Positions 42,400-64,000 of a DNA stretch of 64,000 nucleotides are shown piece by piece (the stretch's first letter is position 1; each line of letters opens with the position of its first letter). The position numbers and the translations under genes are program-made. Origin of the DNA: Bugula neritina (taxonomy: Eukaryota; Animalia; Bryozoa). Below the pieces are notes generated by a model. That model ran no database searches, was not told the origin of the DNA, and saw nothing but the letters and a program-made list of their open reading frames with translations. Location: NCBI GenBank assembly GCA_964035545.1, contig OZ037765.1, positions 14,394,698-14,458,697 on the forward strand. Reading direction: 5' to 3'.

Positions 42400-43080
42400 T
42401 CATACGTCGTAAGACCAAGCGAACTCCAACTTGTACTAAATTCTAATTACTAAACACTAAATTCGAGGACAGGAAATGTCAACTAAATAACCGTGAATTG
42501 CTCGCTAGTTTAGTCATCTGCGTCATTATGTCTTTATCCTCACGGCCACTAGTCTTGCACAAGGGGTTAATAGATCGCACAGGTCTTGCAGAGCACGAGC
42601 AAAGCGATTTAGATCCACTGAAACATTATTACATGGAAATACTGGTTCATTGTTCAAGTCACTTATTAGCAAAAATTGGTAGCTGTATCCATTGGCAATG
42701 ACTATAGTGTAGGAACGTTGTATTATTTATATCGAAGGGACAACTCCTAACTCTCACTCTCCATATGGCACGATGCAATGAACTCAATAATTATTAACTC
42801 TTCTATTATCAACCATCATCAATTATTATTATTCTATTAATTATCAACCATTCTACTAAGCTGGTCTATTCCAGCTCAGTGGCACGATGCATAGGCTTGC
42901 AGTAGATCATCGTGATGGTGCTAGCCGTGATAACCAATCAGCGAAGCCAGTGCCGTATGTACTAGTGATGTATTGTAGTAATTTGTAGTAATAGCGTAGA
43001 TAGCTTTTGTCACGTGTTTTTGGTGATATCCTGTTTTTCAGCAAACTGAAACTACGGCCCCAAAATATTCGTGTTGTAAT
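42400..43080. promoter_or_regulatory. Probable bidirectional promoter CC2D1 / WDR7
   Basis: CpG-retaining segment between divergent genes; AACCAATCAG CCAAT box (42932-42941); GTCACGTG E-box (43009-43016); TGGCACGATGCA occurs twice (~42766, ~42880). Confidence 0.6.
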
Positions 43081-44100
43081 TATATTTTATAATATTGATA
43101 ATGATAAATGATGAGAATGATAATCATATTGGTATTGGTAATAGCTAAAATTGATCAATTATTCAATTGCAATATGAATAGGCATATTTATTTTAATCGG
43201 AATGAAAAGTGGGTCGAATTTCAAGTTGAAAGTTATACTAATAGTAATTAGTAATACTAATACAGTAATAGTAATAGTAATAGTACTAATAGTAATACTA
43301 ATACTAATACTAATAGTAATACTAATACTAATAGACATTCACATAGTGATACTGATAGTAATAGTGATAGTATCATAGTAATATTAATACTAATAGTTAT
43401 AGTATTACTAATACTAATACTAATAGTAATATTAATAGTAATAATAATATTTAATAGTAATACTTAGTCTTATCATAATCATTATGATTATGTTAATGTT
43501 GTAATCAATTATAATTTATATAGTTATACTTGTACTTGTAGTTAATGTTATTGGTTATTCAGTTATTCATATTCATATTGGTCCATTATTATTATGATTA
43601 TGATTACTGAGTATTGGGTTTAATACTAACAGTAACTTACTCTTAGTCGTAGCAATGCTGATAGTGATAGTGATACTGATAGCATTGCCATTACTATTAG
43701 TATTAGTATTACTATTAGACTTAGTCTTAGACTAGGTCTAGTAATACTGATTACATTTACTGTTGGTCATTAACTCAGATAAGTCGTCAAAATTAAAATA
43801 CTCCTACTTCTAAGGCTAGACTTTAGATTAAGATGGGCTAGACCTAGTACTACAACTACTACTAGTACTAGTACTATTAGTATTACTAGCTAGTACTACT
43901 AGGTCTAGTACTACTATTACTACTAGTAGTTGAGTCCTTGGGCTAGTTACACTTACTATGTTAGTGAGTAGGCTAGTCTTCAGCCCAACATGGACGCTCA
44001 GTGCAAGTGGAGCAATAACTTAAGTTAACTAGAGTCTAGAAGTCAAGGCGAGGTCAATTTTAATTTCAATTTGAATTGACTTGCATGCTGATGCTCTCAC
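43080..44100. repeat. (ANT)n/(TNA)n tract in the inferred first intron of WDR7
   Basis: AGTAATAGTAATAGTAATAGTACTAATAGTAATACTAATACTAATAC (~43264); CTAG/TACTAG-rich inverted repeats at 43838-43908. Confidence 0.8.
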
Positions 44101-46607
44101 TTTGATAAAAATCAAAATTTTCATCACTTTAAATTTATGTTTGAATTTCTTGTGCTCATTTAAGCATTTATTAATTTTATGCATATTGATGCAACACTTG
44201 ATAGAAGCTAGTGAATAGTTACATGTGTTTTGATTTAGCAACACAAGTAAAAATAATAAATTGGTACCTTAGTTTTAGTTGTTAGAGTTGTTTATTGTTT
44301 TGGAAAGTGATATATCAAATAATCCATGTATTTATTTTCTATATGAATTACTTTCATGTGTATCTTGGCTAGATGAATCTTTAATCTTTGCTAAAGCTTG
44401 AATGGTTTTTAAAGGTTATTTAAAATTTTTGGAGTCAGTGTTCTGTCTTCATGTCACAATAATGGTACAATGGTTATACAGAAAGGAGTTAAAACTCATA
44501 CACTCTTTTGCGCAAAAGTTTTCTGTTATAGGCAGAGGTTTTTACAAAGATAGTCTTCTCTTAAGATTGTTATAATCAATGCATCAGTCACACCGCTGCT
44601 TTACCTTATAACTCCATCTTTGGCTATAGTATGTTATTCTATACCAAGATGCTTGTGCATACTGTGAGAAGACTTTTCATTTCAGAGGTTGTTCACAGCT
44701 TTTAATATGCTAGGTTACCAGTAAAACACACTATCTGGTTTTACTAGTTATCAATATTTGGATTTGACGACTCAAGATGGCATTTCAAACTGCAGGTGCA
44801 TATTTTATCAGTGGCGGGTATAGACTTTTATAAACAAGCGGTTCGACAGTTTTTAAGATTTTTTCACCATATTGAGCTCTGGCTTTGCTTTAGTGATTTT
44901 GGAATTGATAGGCAAACTAAATTTGGATTTGGAAGGTTATTTTATACTATCTGTTTTCACACTGTTAGCAAATATATAAGATGGCAGGGAATGAGGTTTT
45001 TTGATTAAATCTCATGATTGAAAATTTGGCAATGTTCATTGCCATGCCAAGCCCATGCATCTGATGCATTTATATTTAATGTTTGGAGTGTCTTCTGCTA
45101 GTGTTGACAATCTGGTCAATGAAAATGCCATGGATATACAAATAGTTATTACAATTTACCTGATCAGGCAAGTCATTTAGTTTTATGTTAACTAACAAAG
45201 TACAAAAATATCTAAAGTGGGTATGTGGTAACAGACAATACTTTGATAGTGCTACAGTTCGATTTCGGTCATGCAGAAAGTGTAAAATCTTGTTTGCAAT
45301 ATTTGTATATCTAAAAACTGTTGAAGGTTGTTTGCAAAATTCATTGCAGCACCATGCCTAATTAAACCATTGCCAACACCAGCAAGTTCCATAGTTAAAT
45401 GTCACAATATAGTTTTTGGTCATTAAAATTCATGCCTATGATTGTGAAGTTATCATCTAGGATAGTTTTCAATTTGTGTAATAAAATAGGATTCAAGAGC
45501 TTATAATTAGGCTGCTAGTTTTTCTGTTGATTTGATATATCACGTGTGTAAAAAAATTTAATACTACGAAGTTTTTAATCACCCAGGAATTTTGAGTTGA
45601 ACAAAAAGGGCTGCACATATGTGTAAGCTCATGTTCTATCAATATGGGCTCAATAAGTTCTAATAAAATAAACTTGTTAGTTAAAATGTTCTTTACTTAC
45701 CTTAGTCATAAATTCTTTTAGACAGCTCAAAAATTATAATTGATTGTTTAGATAAATTGATTAATTTTTTTAAAATCAACTCATGCTATTTCGGGCTTTG
45801 ATGAATTACAATAAAGCTTGTAACAGGTTGATAAAATTTCTCAGGTTTGTTATTCAACCAAGTCATTTTAATGAAGCAGAAAGTCATTTATGCAATCAAG
45901 ACATTGCAAACCCTCAAATCAGCAGGTATTAGCTTCATTTAAGGCTCTTAATCACTATAAAACTAAATATTTTATTTAAACGTTCAGGTTATAAATACTG
46001 ATGTGATAATTTTATTATATGAATTTCAATCAGTTACTAGCTGGCCTTATGAAAATGAGTTACAAGTACTAAGTTTAAAACTATAATTGTTTTAGTCAGT
46101 AATTATTTAGAGCATTGGAAAATTGATATAGTAGTTAAAATTAAAATTGAGCCTTAAACGATGTCAATGATAGCAATAAATTCAATGACAATATAATAAT
46201 ATTTAGATACTTTTAATTATTGTTATAATAATAGTTGATTACTCAATACTCACTGTCAGTCATACACTCAGGGTGATAGTGAAAAGTACACTCATATTTG
46301 TACTGATCCCAGAAGCCAACACACGGGAAGCTATTGCATGAAACTATTGGATAGCTTTCCTTGAAAAAAAAAAACAGATCTCCATATAAACCATTCGTCA
46401 CTGTTGTGTGTAGATAATGACCGTGGTGCTATTTAGAGAAAAAGAAACATTGAAAATGCAATTGTGTTGTCTTTAGTAAAATACTAAAGCAAACGTGTAT
46501 TTTGTCCAGGGTTAGATTTAGATTAATTTTTTAATGATTATTTACAGATAAAATTTCCTAGTAGAAGTTAAAAAAATAAATCCAATAAATATTTACCAGG
46601 GAACATC

Positions 46608-58729
<12,122 letters not shown>

Positions 58730-59359
58730 AGACTTGCTAGCTTTGAAACAAACTAAAACTATGATAGTAATTCATTTGTTTAAATCACTTTTTAACTTTT
58801 ATTATTACATGGTATGTGTAGAAGATTGTAATGGTATATTTTTATTACACTATAAATAATCATCTGGTAGATATGCATTTATTTATAACAGCTGTATGAT
58901 GCTGCTCATATCTCCAAATTAACATCCTTATAAGCCAGAATTTTATGACTTTGTTTTGCACTTTTCCACAATGTGATAGGTTTGCTGGAAGATAATTTTT
59001 TGAGCAATTGAATTTTTACCATGTTAATTGTTTTTACGGATTCAACTAACTTTAAATATTTCAGTTGCACATTAGAAAAAAGTCCAATATAATACATGTA
59101 AATGTTTATAAATATTAGTGCTTTGTGGGGGGTTTCATTTTTGTCTTTCTTAGTACAAATATGTTATTCATTTCAAGCAGAATTGGCAATAAAGTTTAAA
59201 TTACACAAGATTGAATAAAGTTTGTTACAATTTCATCTGACTTGATGTTCTAGTCTCTAAAAGTCCCTCTAAGTTATTAAATAATTTTAATGACATGTTG
59301 TATATTTACATAAGTTTTAAAATGACACATTATATGAGTTGATTAAATAAAAATTAAAA

Positions 59360-60807
59360 TTATGAACACTTCCACATTATTATAGCTGTAGTACCTCCAA
59401 AAAACATATACAATATATTTTTAACTTCATGTGTTATTTCAAATCCATAGCCTTCTCCAACCACAACATGCCAAGATGCTCCAAACTTTTTATCCATGGC
59501 TTCTTTTACCATTTTTGCTGCTGCCTGGGATATCAAATAGTAATATTTTGTACTAAAAAATCTGGGCAACCACAATGAAATAGTATAATTGCATAAATCT
59601 AAAATCTGTAATGAAACTAACACCTAGACAAAGGTTAATTTTTTTCAAAACGTTGATCATGAAAAACTTATTTTGAGTAAAAATTTGTTAGTTAAATTGA
59701 AGAATGGATATCTAACTGCTTTTTACAAAACAGTTGAAGCTTGTGATAATACTTTTGTTTATTTCCTGTCAACTAGACGATTTTTCTCATAAATTTTTTA
59801 TAAACAGTAACTTGTATTCCATAGTTTTTCTACATGTTACAATTATGCACTCATTACCGGAATACTATGATTATAAAAGTGTAGCAATATTGCAATCTGC
59901 AACAATAATCTGCAAACATCTGCTTGAATTTTATAAGTAAAAACTTACCTCATTGTTGGCTGCAAACTTCTCACAAGCAGTCACACACAGCTCCATGGCT
60001 TCGGTTCTCATTTCATCATTCATATCAGAATGCTGCAATTGTCAAAATATTACTCAAAACAATCAATGACTAAGATTGCACATAGCTTTTGAGTGATGAC
60101 ATAAATATCAAAATTTCTAAATTGTTAGCTAAGCTGACAATTTGAAATACATATAATAAAGCAGCTTTTCAAAATCGCTACTGTTTGATTTTTTAAACAG
60201 CGTAAAAGTTTATTTTAAGAAATGCAGATATAGAACAAAACATTTTTATGGTCATAGCGCAGTACGATTCAAAGTCAATGTTTCAAAGAGTCATTAAAAT
60301 TGCGTGAGCCATAGGTAGGCCACTGCAAACAAAATATTAACAGCACTGGAAATTATATTAAAAATAATGATCTACTTTTACTACCCACATTTAAATAAAT
60401 ACTTTTAGTTACCATTCCTGCTAATATTTTTACTTATATCAATATCTACATTCACATTAGCCATGTAATTGTATAAATGCTTATATGATTATGATATATG
60501 TTTGAAAAATTAGTTATGCTAGTAATAAGCATTATTTAGGAAATTAATAAATTTACAAGGCAAGTATAACTAGTCATTACATAATAGCTATAAATACAAG
60601 CACCAGTCTTTTGCTTAATTATCATTAAAATCATAATCCATTCATCATCACGAGCCAACGTGATTCGTATTACTAGTATAACTATAAGTATTACTATTAG
60701 CCCACATCCAATAATGTTAAAATTAAAATCCTTACACGAATTAAAGGATAGGTGTGAATTACTGCTTTCTTATCATCTTTTTTATCTCCTGCTGCTTCTT
60801 CTGCCAT
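59360..60807 (-). CDS. DNAL4: Dynein axonemal light chain 4, 3 exons, 106 aa
   Basis: Exons 60807-60736, 60032-59949, 59524-59360 give MAEEAAGDKKDDKKAVIHTYPLIRHSDMNDEMRTEAMELCVTACEKFAANNEAAAKMVKEAMDKKFGASWHVVVGEGYGFEITHEVKNILYMFFGGTTAIIMWKCS. Confidence 0.96.
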
Positions 60808-60930
60808 AATTATATGATCAAATTAAATTTTGAATGATCTTTTTTGTATGAAATAGAGTTTTATTGTTGAACAACGTTTATACTGCTAGCTTGCTACTCC
60901 AAAATTAGATACACCAACAGCTGTCGAATA

Positions 60931-60943
60931 GTTGCTTGGTTAC
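60931..60943 (-). promoter_or_regulatory. RFX X-box upstream of DNAL4
   Basis: Minus strand GTAACCAAGCAAC fits GTNRCC-N-RGYAAC, ~125 bp upstream of the ATG of a ciliary gene. Confidence 0.7.
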
Positions 60944-61289
60944 TGTTTGCGCACAGCGATTCAAGTGACATAAATTTGTACAAAATATGTACGTTTTACT
61001 CCTCTAATAATTCGTCAAAATAATTTTTCAGCGGCAAACTTGCCTATATGTAATTAGCCAGCACAGTAGGCAATATTTCTACATGAGGCTCTTTTACCAG
61101 AGTTTTCCGATTTTTTTTCTAAGTCAAACTGGTTTTCTCCACTAATACACGGCTGCTCTTGCAGTTTGTGTCACTCTAGATTCATTTATGTTTATTTCGT
61201 AATCTTTATTGAGCACAAAGCACACTGCGTGTGACAGTGTGCGTGAAACTGTATTGAAATGTTGCATTTATATTTTATGAGACTGCGTA

Positions 61290-61600
61290 ATTCTTATTCT
61301 AAGCGTAATCTTATTCTTTAATCTTAATCTTAATCTAAAAATAAAAGTAAATCATTAAACTATTTTTTATTTTGAATTTAATCATTTTAATTATGATATT
61401 GGGACATATTGCTATTGATTATCATTATGATTATGATTATCATTATTATATTGACTGTGATTTATGGTTATTGATTATATTTATCACATTATGATTAATA
61501 TTATTATTATTATAATTATTTTTTATTAAATTTAATATAAATAAATATTTGATAATGATAATCATCACCATTTTGATTATGATGATGATCATTGAATCAT
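61290..61600. repeat. (TNA)n/(ANT)n tract downstream of the right-facing side of the DNAL4 promoter region
   Basis: GATTATCATTATGATTATGATTATCATTATTATATTGACT (~61417) and AATCTTAATCTTAATCT. Confidence 0.7.
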
Positions 61601-61652
61601 CATTGGGGAGGAGAACCCCTCCACGCTTACTAAGCTAAATGATCTTGAACAA

Positions 61653-62297
61653 ATGATAAAAAAGTTCACCCAAACATATGCAGATGCAGTGAAAACCAAT
61701 GCTGAGCGAATTCTAAATCTGGAAAAATCCTGTGAAACAACTCTGAAGGAAACTTCACAAAACATCCAAAAAGCAGTACAAATCAACCAGTCTGCTGAAA
61801 ATATGATGGTACAAAATAATCAACGGAATGAAATTGAAATGAGAAAGAATAATGCTATCCTCTACGGCATTGAGGAGAAAGAAAATACAACTGCGATACA
61901 GGAAGTCCAAGAGTTAATGCGCCTCAAGCTCTATCTATACTGCCAAATGCCTCTCCAAGCCATACGACTGGGAAAGAAGATTGAAAATAAGATCAGGCCA
62001 ATCAAACTTGTTTTTGCAGATGAGCCCAGTAAATGGGAGTTCATAAAAAGAACCAATGCAAAGGATACAAGGACTACAGGAGTTTTCTGCAAGCTTGATA
62101 CCAGTAAAGAAATGCGTGATAAAGAATTTCAACTCCGTGATCAAATTCGCAGACTTAAAGAAGATGACGCGAATGCAAACAGACAGTACCGCATCAGAAC
62201 CCGGGAAACGAAAGTTGGGATAGAAGAGCGACTCCAATCGGGGGAATGGCGCCCGCTGAACCCTGCTCTCAATCAAACAAAGGAGACAACATGCTAA
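61653..62297 (+). CDS. LINE ORF1 protein (coiled coil + RRM-like region), likely N-terminally truncated
   Basis: Coiled-coil-like N-half; RKNNAILYGIEE...IRLGKK...RPIKLVF motif typical of invertebrate CR1/L2 ORF1. The frame stays open upstream to ~61596. Confidence 0.8.
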   Translation: MIKKFTQTYADAVKTNAERILNLEKSCETTLKETSQNIQKAVQINQSAENMMVQNNQRNEIEMRKNNAILYGIEEKENTTAIQEVQELMRLKLYLYCQMPLQAIRLGKKIENKIRPIKLVFADEPSKWEFIKRTNAKDTRTTGVFCKLDTSKEMRDKEFQLRDQIRRLKEDDANANRQYRIRTRETKVGIEERLQSGEWRPLNPALNQTKETTC

Positions 62298-64000
62298 AAC
62301 TTTTTCTCGCAAATACTAGATCAGCCAAAGGCAAAACTGCTGAAATAACTGCTTTAACAAATAAATATAACATTATCTGCTTAACTGAAACCCACTTAGA
62401 TGAAACAGTTCCGGACTGTTGCATCATTGAAGATCCAAGCAAGAAAATATTTAGGAGAGACAGAACCCTACATGGAGGAGGAGTGCTACTTGCCTTGGAT
62501 CGTGACCTGAAACCAATGAAAATAAACATTGACGACCTCAAAGAGGAAGTATTAGTTGTAGCAATGGAACCGCAAACTATCATCTGCTGTCTCTATAGAC
62601 CTTATGTACACTTAAGGAATATGAACAAACTACACACCATCCTTGAGAACATAACAAACAAATTCCCTAGCCATGTGCTGATCCTGACTGGGGACTTCAA
62701 CCTTCCAGGTATTGATTGGAAACAAAAACTAGTGAAACCTGAATGCCAACACAAGCACATTCACAGGGAGTTTATCAGTATCCTGGATGAATTTATGCTG
62801 AGCCAGATGGTTTTGGAGCCAACTCATGTCAAGGGAAACACATTAGACCTCATCTGCATTAATACACCTGGCTACGTCTTGGATACTGACATCATTCAAC
62901 CTGGCTTAAGTGATCACTACATTGTAAGTGCTACATTAAAGCCTGTGGTCCAGCGACACAAAGCTAGCACTAAACTCGTTGTGAAACGATACAAAGAGGC
63001 TGATGAAGAGACCTTCTGTGAGCGTATGCAGGAACTCAGTGAAAACTTGGCAGGGATGGAGAATCCAAACAAAATGTGGTTGTTATTCACCAGTCAACTA
63101 CAGGCAAACATAGAGGATTGTGTTCCTACAAAAGAGCTTGATCGCAAAAAGACCAGTCAACCTGAGTGGTTTGGTAAAGCAGCTGAAAAACTTGTCTCTA
63201 AACAAAGAAGAACATATAAGAAATATAAACAAACTGGGGATTCCTTTTTCCTAAGAAAATATAAGCAAGAGCGGAGGACGACCAAAAAAGAGGTCCGGCG
63301 GATGAAAACTAATTTTCTTGTGGATAAAATATGTGGCCCACTCGCACGAGGAAACTCGAAGCCCTTCTACCGTCACCTGAGAAACACAAGAATGCAGTGT
63401 CCTCCACCAATGAGCCTCCAAACAAACGGCCAATCCTCGGATGACCCCAGTGAGTGTGCAAACATGTTGAATAATTTCTTCCAGCAGCAATTTTGTCAAG
63501 ATCACTGTATTGATGGTATCCCGCCATTGGAGTCTCCCGGTGAAAAAATAGAGATATCGGAAGATGGTGTTGCTAAGCTGATTATCTCGCTAGGAAATGG
63601 TAAGTCTCCAGGACCGGATGGGATCCGGAAACCAGACCTCATGATAGATATACATACCACCGCTGAGTGTCTCAGCCACATATATCGAGCCTCCATAAAA
63701 TATGGCCGATTGCCTGACCAATGGAAACTGGCAAATGTGACCCCAATTTACAAAGGAGGAGAGGCTAACCAAGTGTTCAATTACAGGCCTATTTCCCTAA
63801 CATCAATACCATGTAAGATTCTTGAACATATTGTCCTTCATCACCTCAACAAAAAACTGGATATCTTCCTTCACCATCGGCAACATGGGTTCCGGAAAGG
63901 TATGTCCTGCGAGACCCAACTATGTGCCACTTACCATGATCTGGCTAAATCAATGGAACAGAACAAAATTACACATGCCCTTATCTTAGACTTTAAAAAG
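62291..64000 (+). CDS. LINE ORF2: AP-endonuclease + reverse transcriptase N-terminal part (570 codons, open to the window end; absent from the ORF track)
   Basis: MLKLFLANTRS...CLTETHL...RRDR..GGGV...CLYRP...GDFNLPGIDW...LDL...SDH; then KSPGPDGI, WKLANVTPIYKG, NYRPISLTSIPCKILE, QHGFRKGMSCETQL, ILDFKK. Confidence 0.92.
   Translation, partial: MLKLFLANTRSAKGKTAEITALTNKYNIICLTETHLDETVPDCCIIEDPSKKIFRRDRTLHGGGVLLALDRDLKPMKINIDDLKEEVLVVAMEPQTIICCLYRPYVHLRNMNKLHTILENITNKFPSHVLILTGDFNLPGIDWKQKLVKPECQHKHIHREFISILDEFMLSQMVLEPTHVKGNTLDLICINTPGYVLDTDIIQPGLSDHYIVSATLKPVVQRHKASTKLVVKRYKEADEETFCERMQELSENLAGMENPNKMWLLFTSQLQANIEDCVPTKELDRKKTSQPEWFGKAAEKLVSKQRRTYKKYKQTGDSFFLRKYKQERRTTKKEVRRMKTNFLVDKICGPLARGNSKPFYRHLRNTRMQCPPPMSLQTNGQSSDDPSECANMLNNFFQQQFCQDHCIDGIPPLESPGEKIEISEDGVAKLIISLGNGKSPGPDGIRKPDLMIDIHTTAECLSHIYRASIKYGRLPDQWKLANVTPIYKGGEANQVFNYRPISLTSIPCKILEHIVLHHLNKKLDIFLHHRQHGFRKGMSCETQLCATYHDLAKSMEQNKITHALILDFKK

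Larger units (their letters stand above)
61600..64000 (+). mobile_element. CR1-group LINE, probably 5'-truncated, running off the right edge
   Basis: ORF1 followed by an overlapping ORF2 with APE endonuclease and start of RT, with no stops seen. Confidence 0.9.

Noticed and set aside
58730-59359. Overlapping 3' UTRs of convergent WDR7 and DNAL4
   Set aside because: AATAAA (+, ~59188/59214) and ATTAAA (-, ~59286) allow non-overlapping ends; cannot be decided without transcripts.
61935-63772. Minus-strand ORFs over the LINE
   Set aside because: Antisense shadows of ORF1/ORF2.

Overview
AT-rich, intron-rich metazoan (invertebrate-type) nuclear DNA. I reconstructed five conserved genes exon by exon, in alternating orientation: DCAF10 (-, runs off the left edge), NDUFS1 (+), CC2D1/lgd (-), WDR7/Rabconnectin-3beta (+) and DNAL4 (-). 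A probable sixth transcript (+) starts near 61.1 kb and carries a young CR1-group LINE that runs off the right edge. Mobile DNA includes a 5'-truncated RTE LINE with a 33-bp TSD and a nested TTA-TSD MITE, a decayed R4/Dong-like fragment, a tRNA-derived SINE family, several MITEs and mini/microsatellites. The most striking unexplained pattern is that each of the six inferred transcript starts is followed, on its transcribed side, by a degenerate, self-complementary, 3-bp-periodic (ANT)n/(TNA)n tract that I did not see elsewhere at comparable density. All calls were made by reading the sequence; no databases were searched, and TSS positions are inferred.
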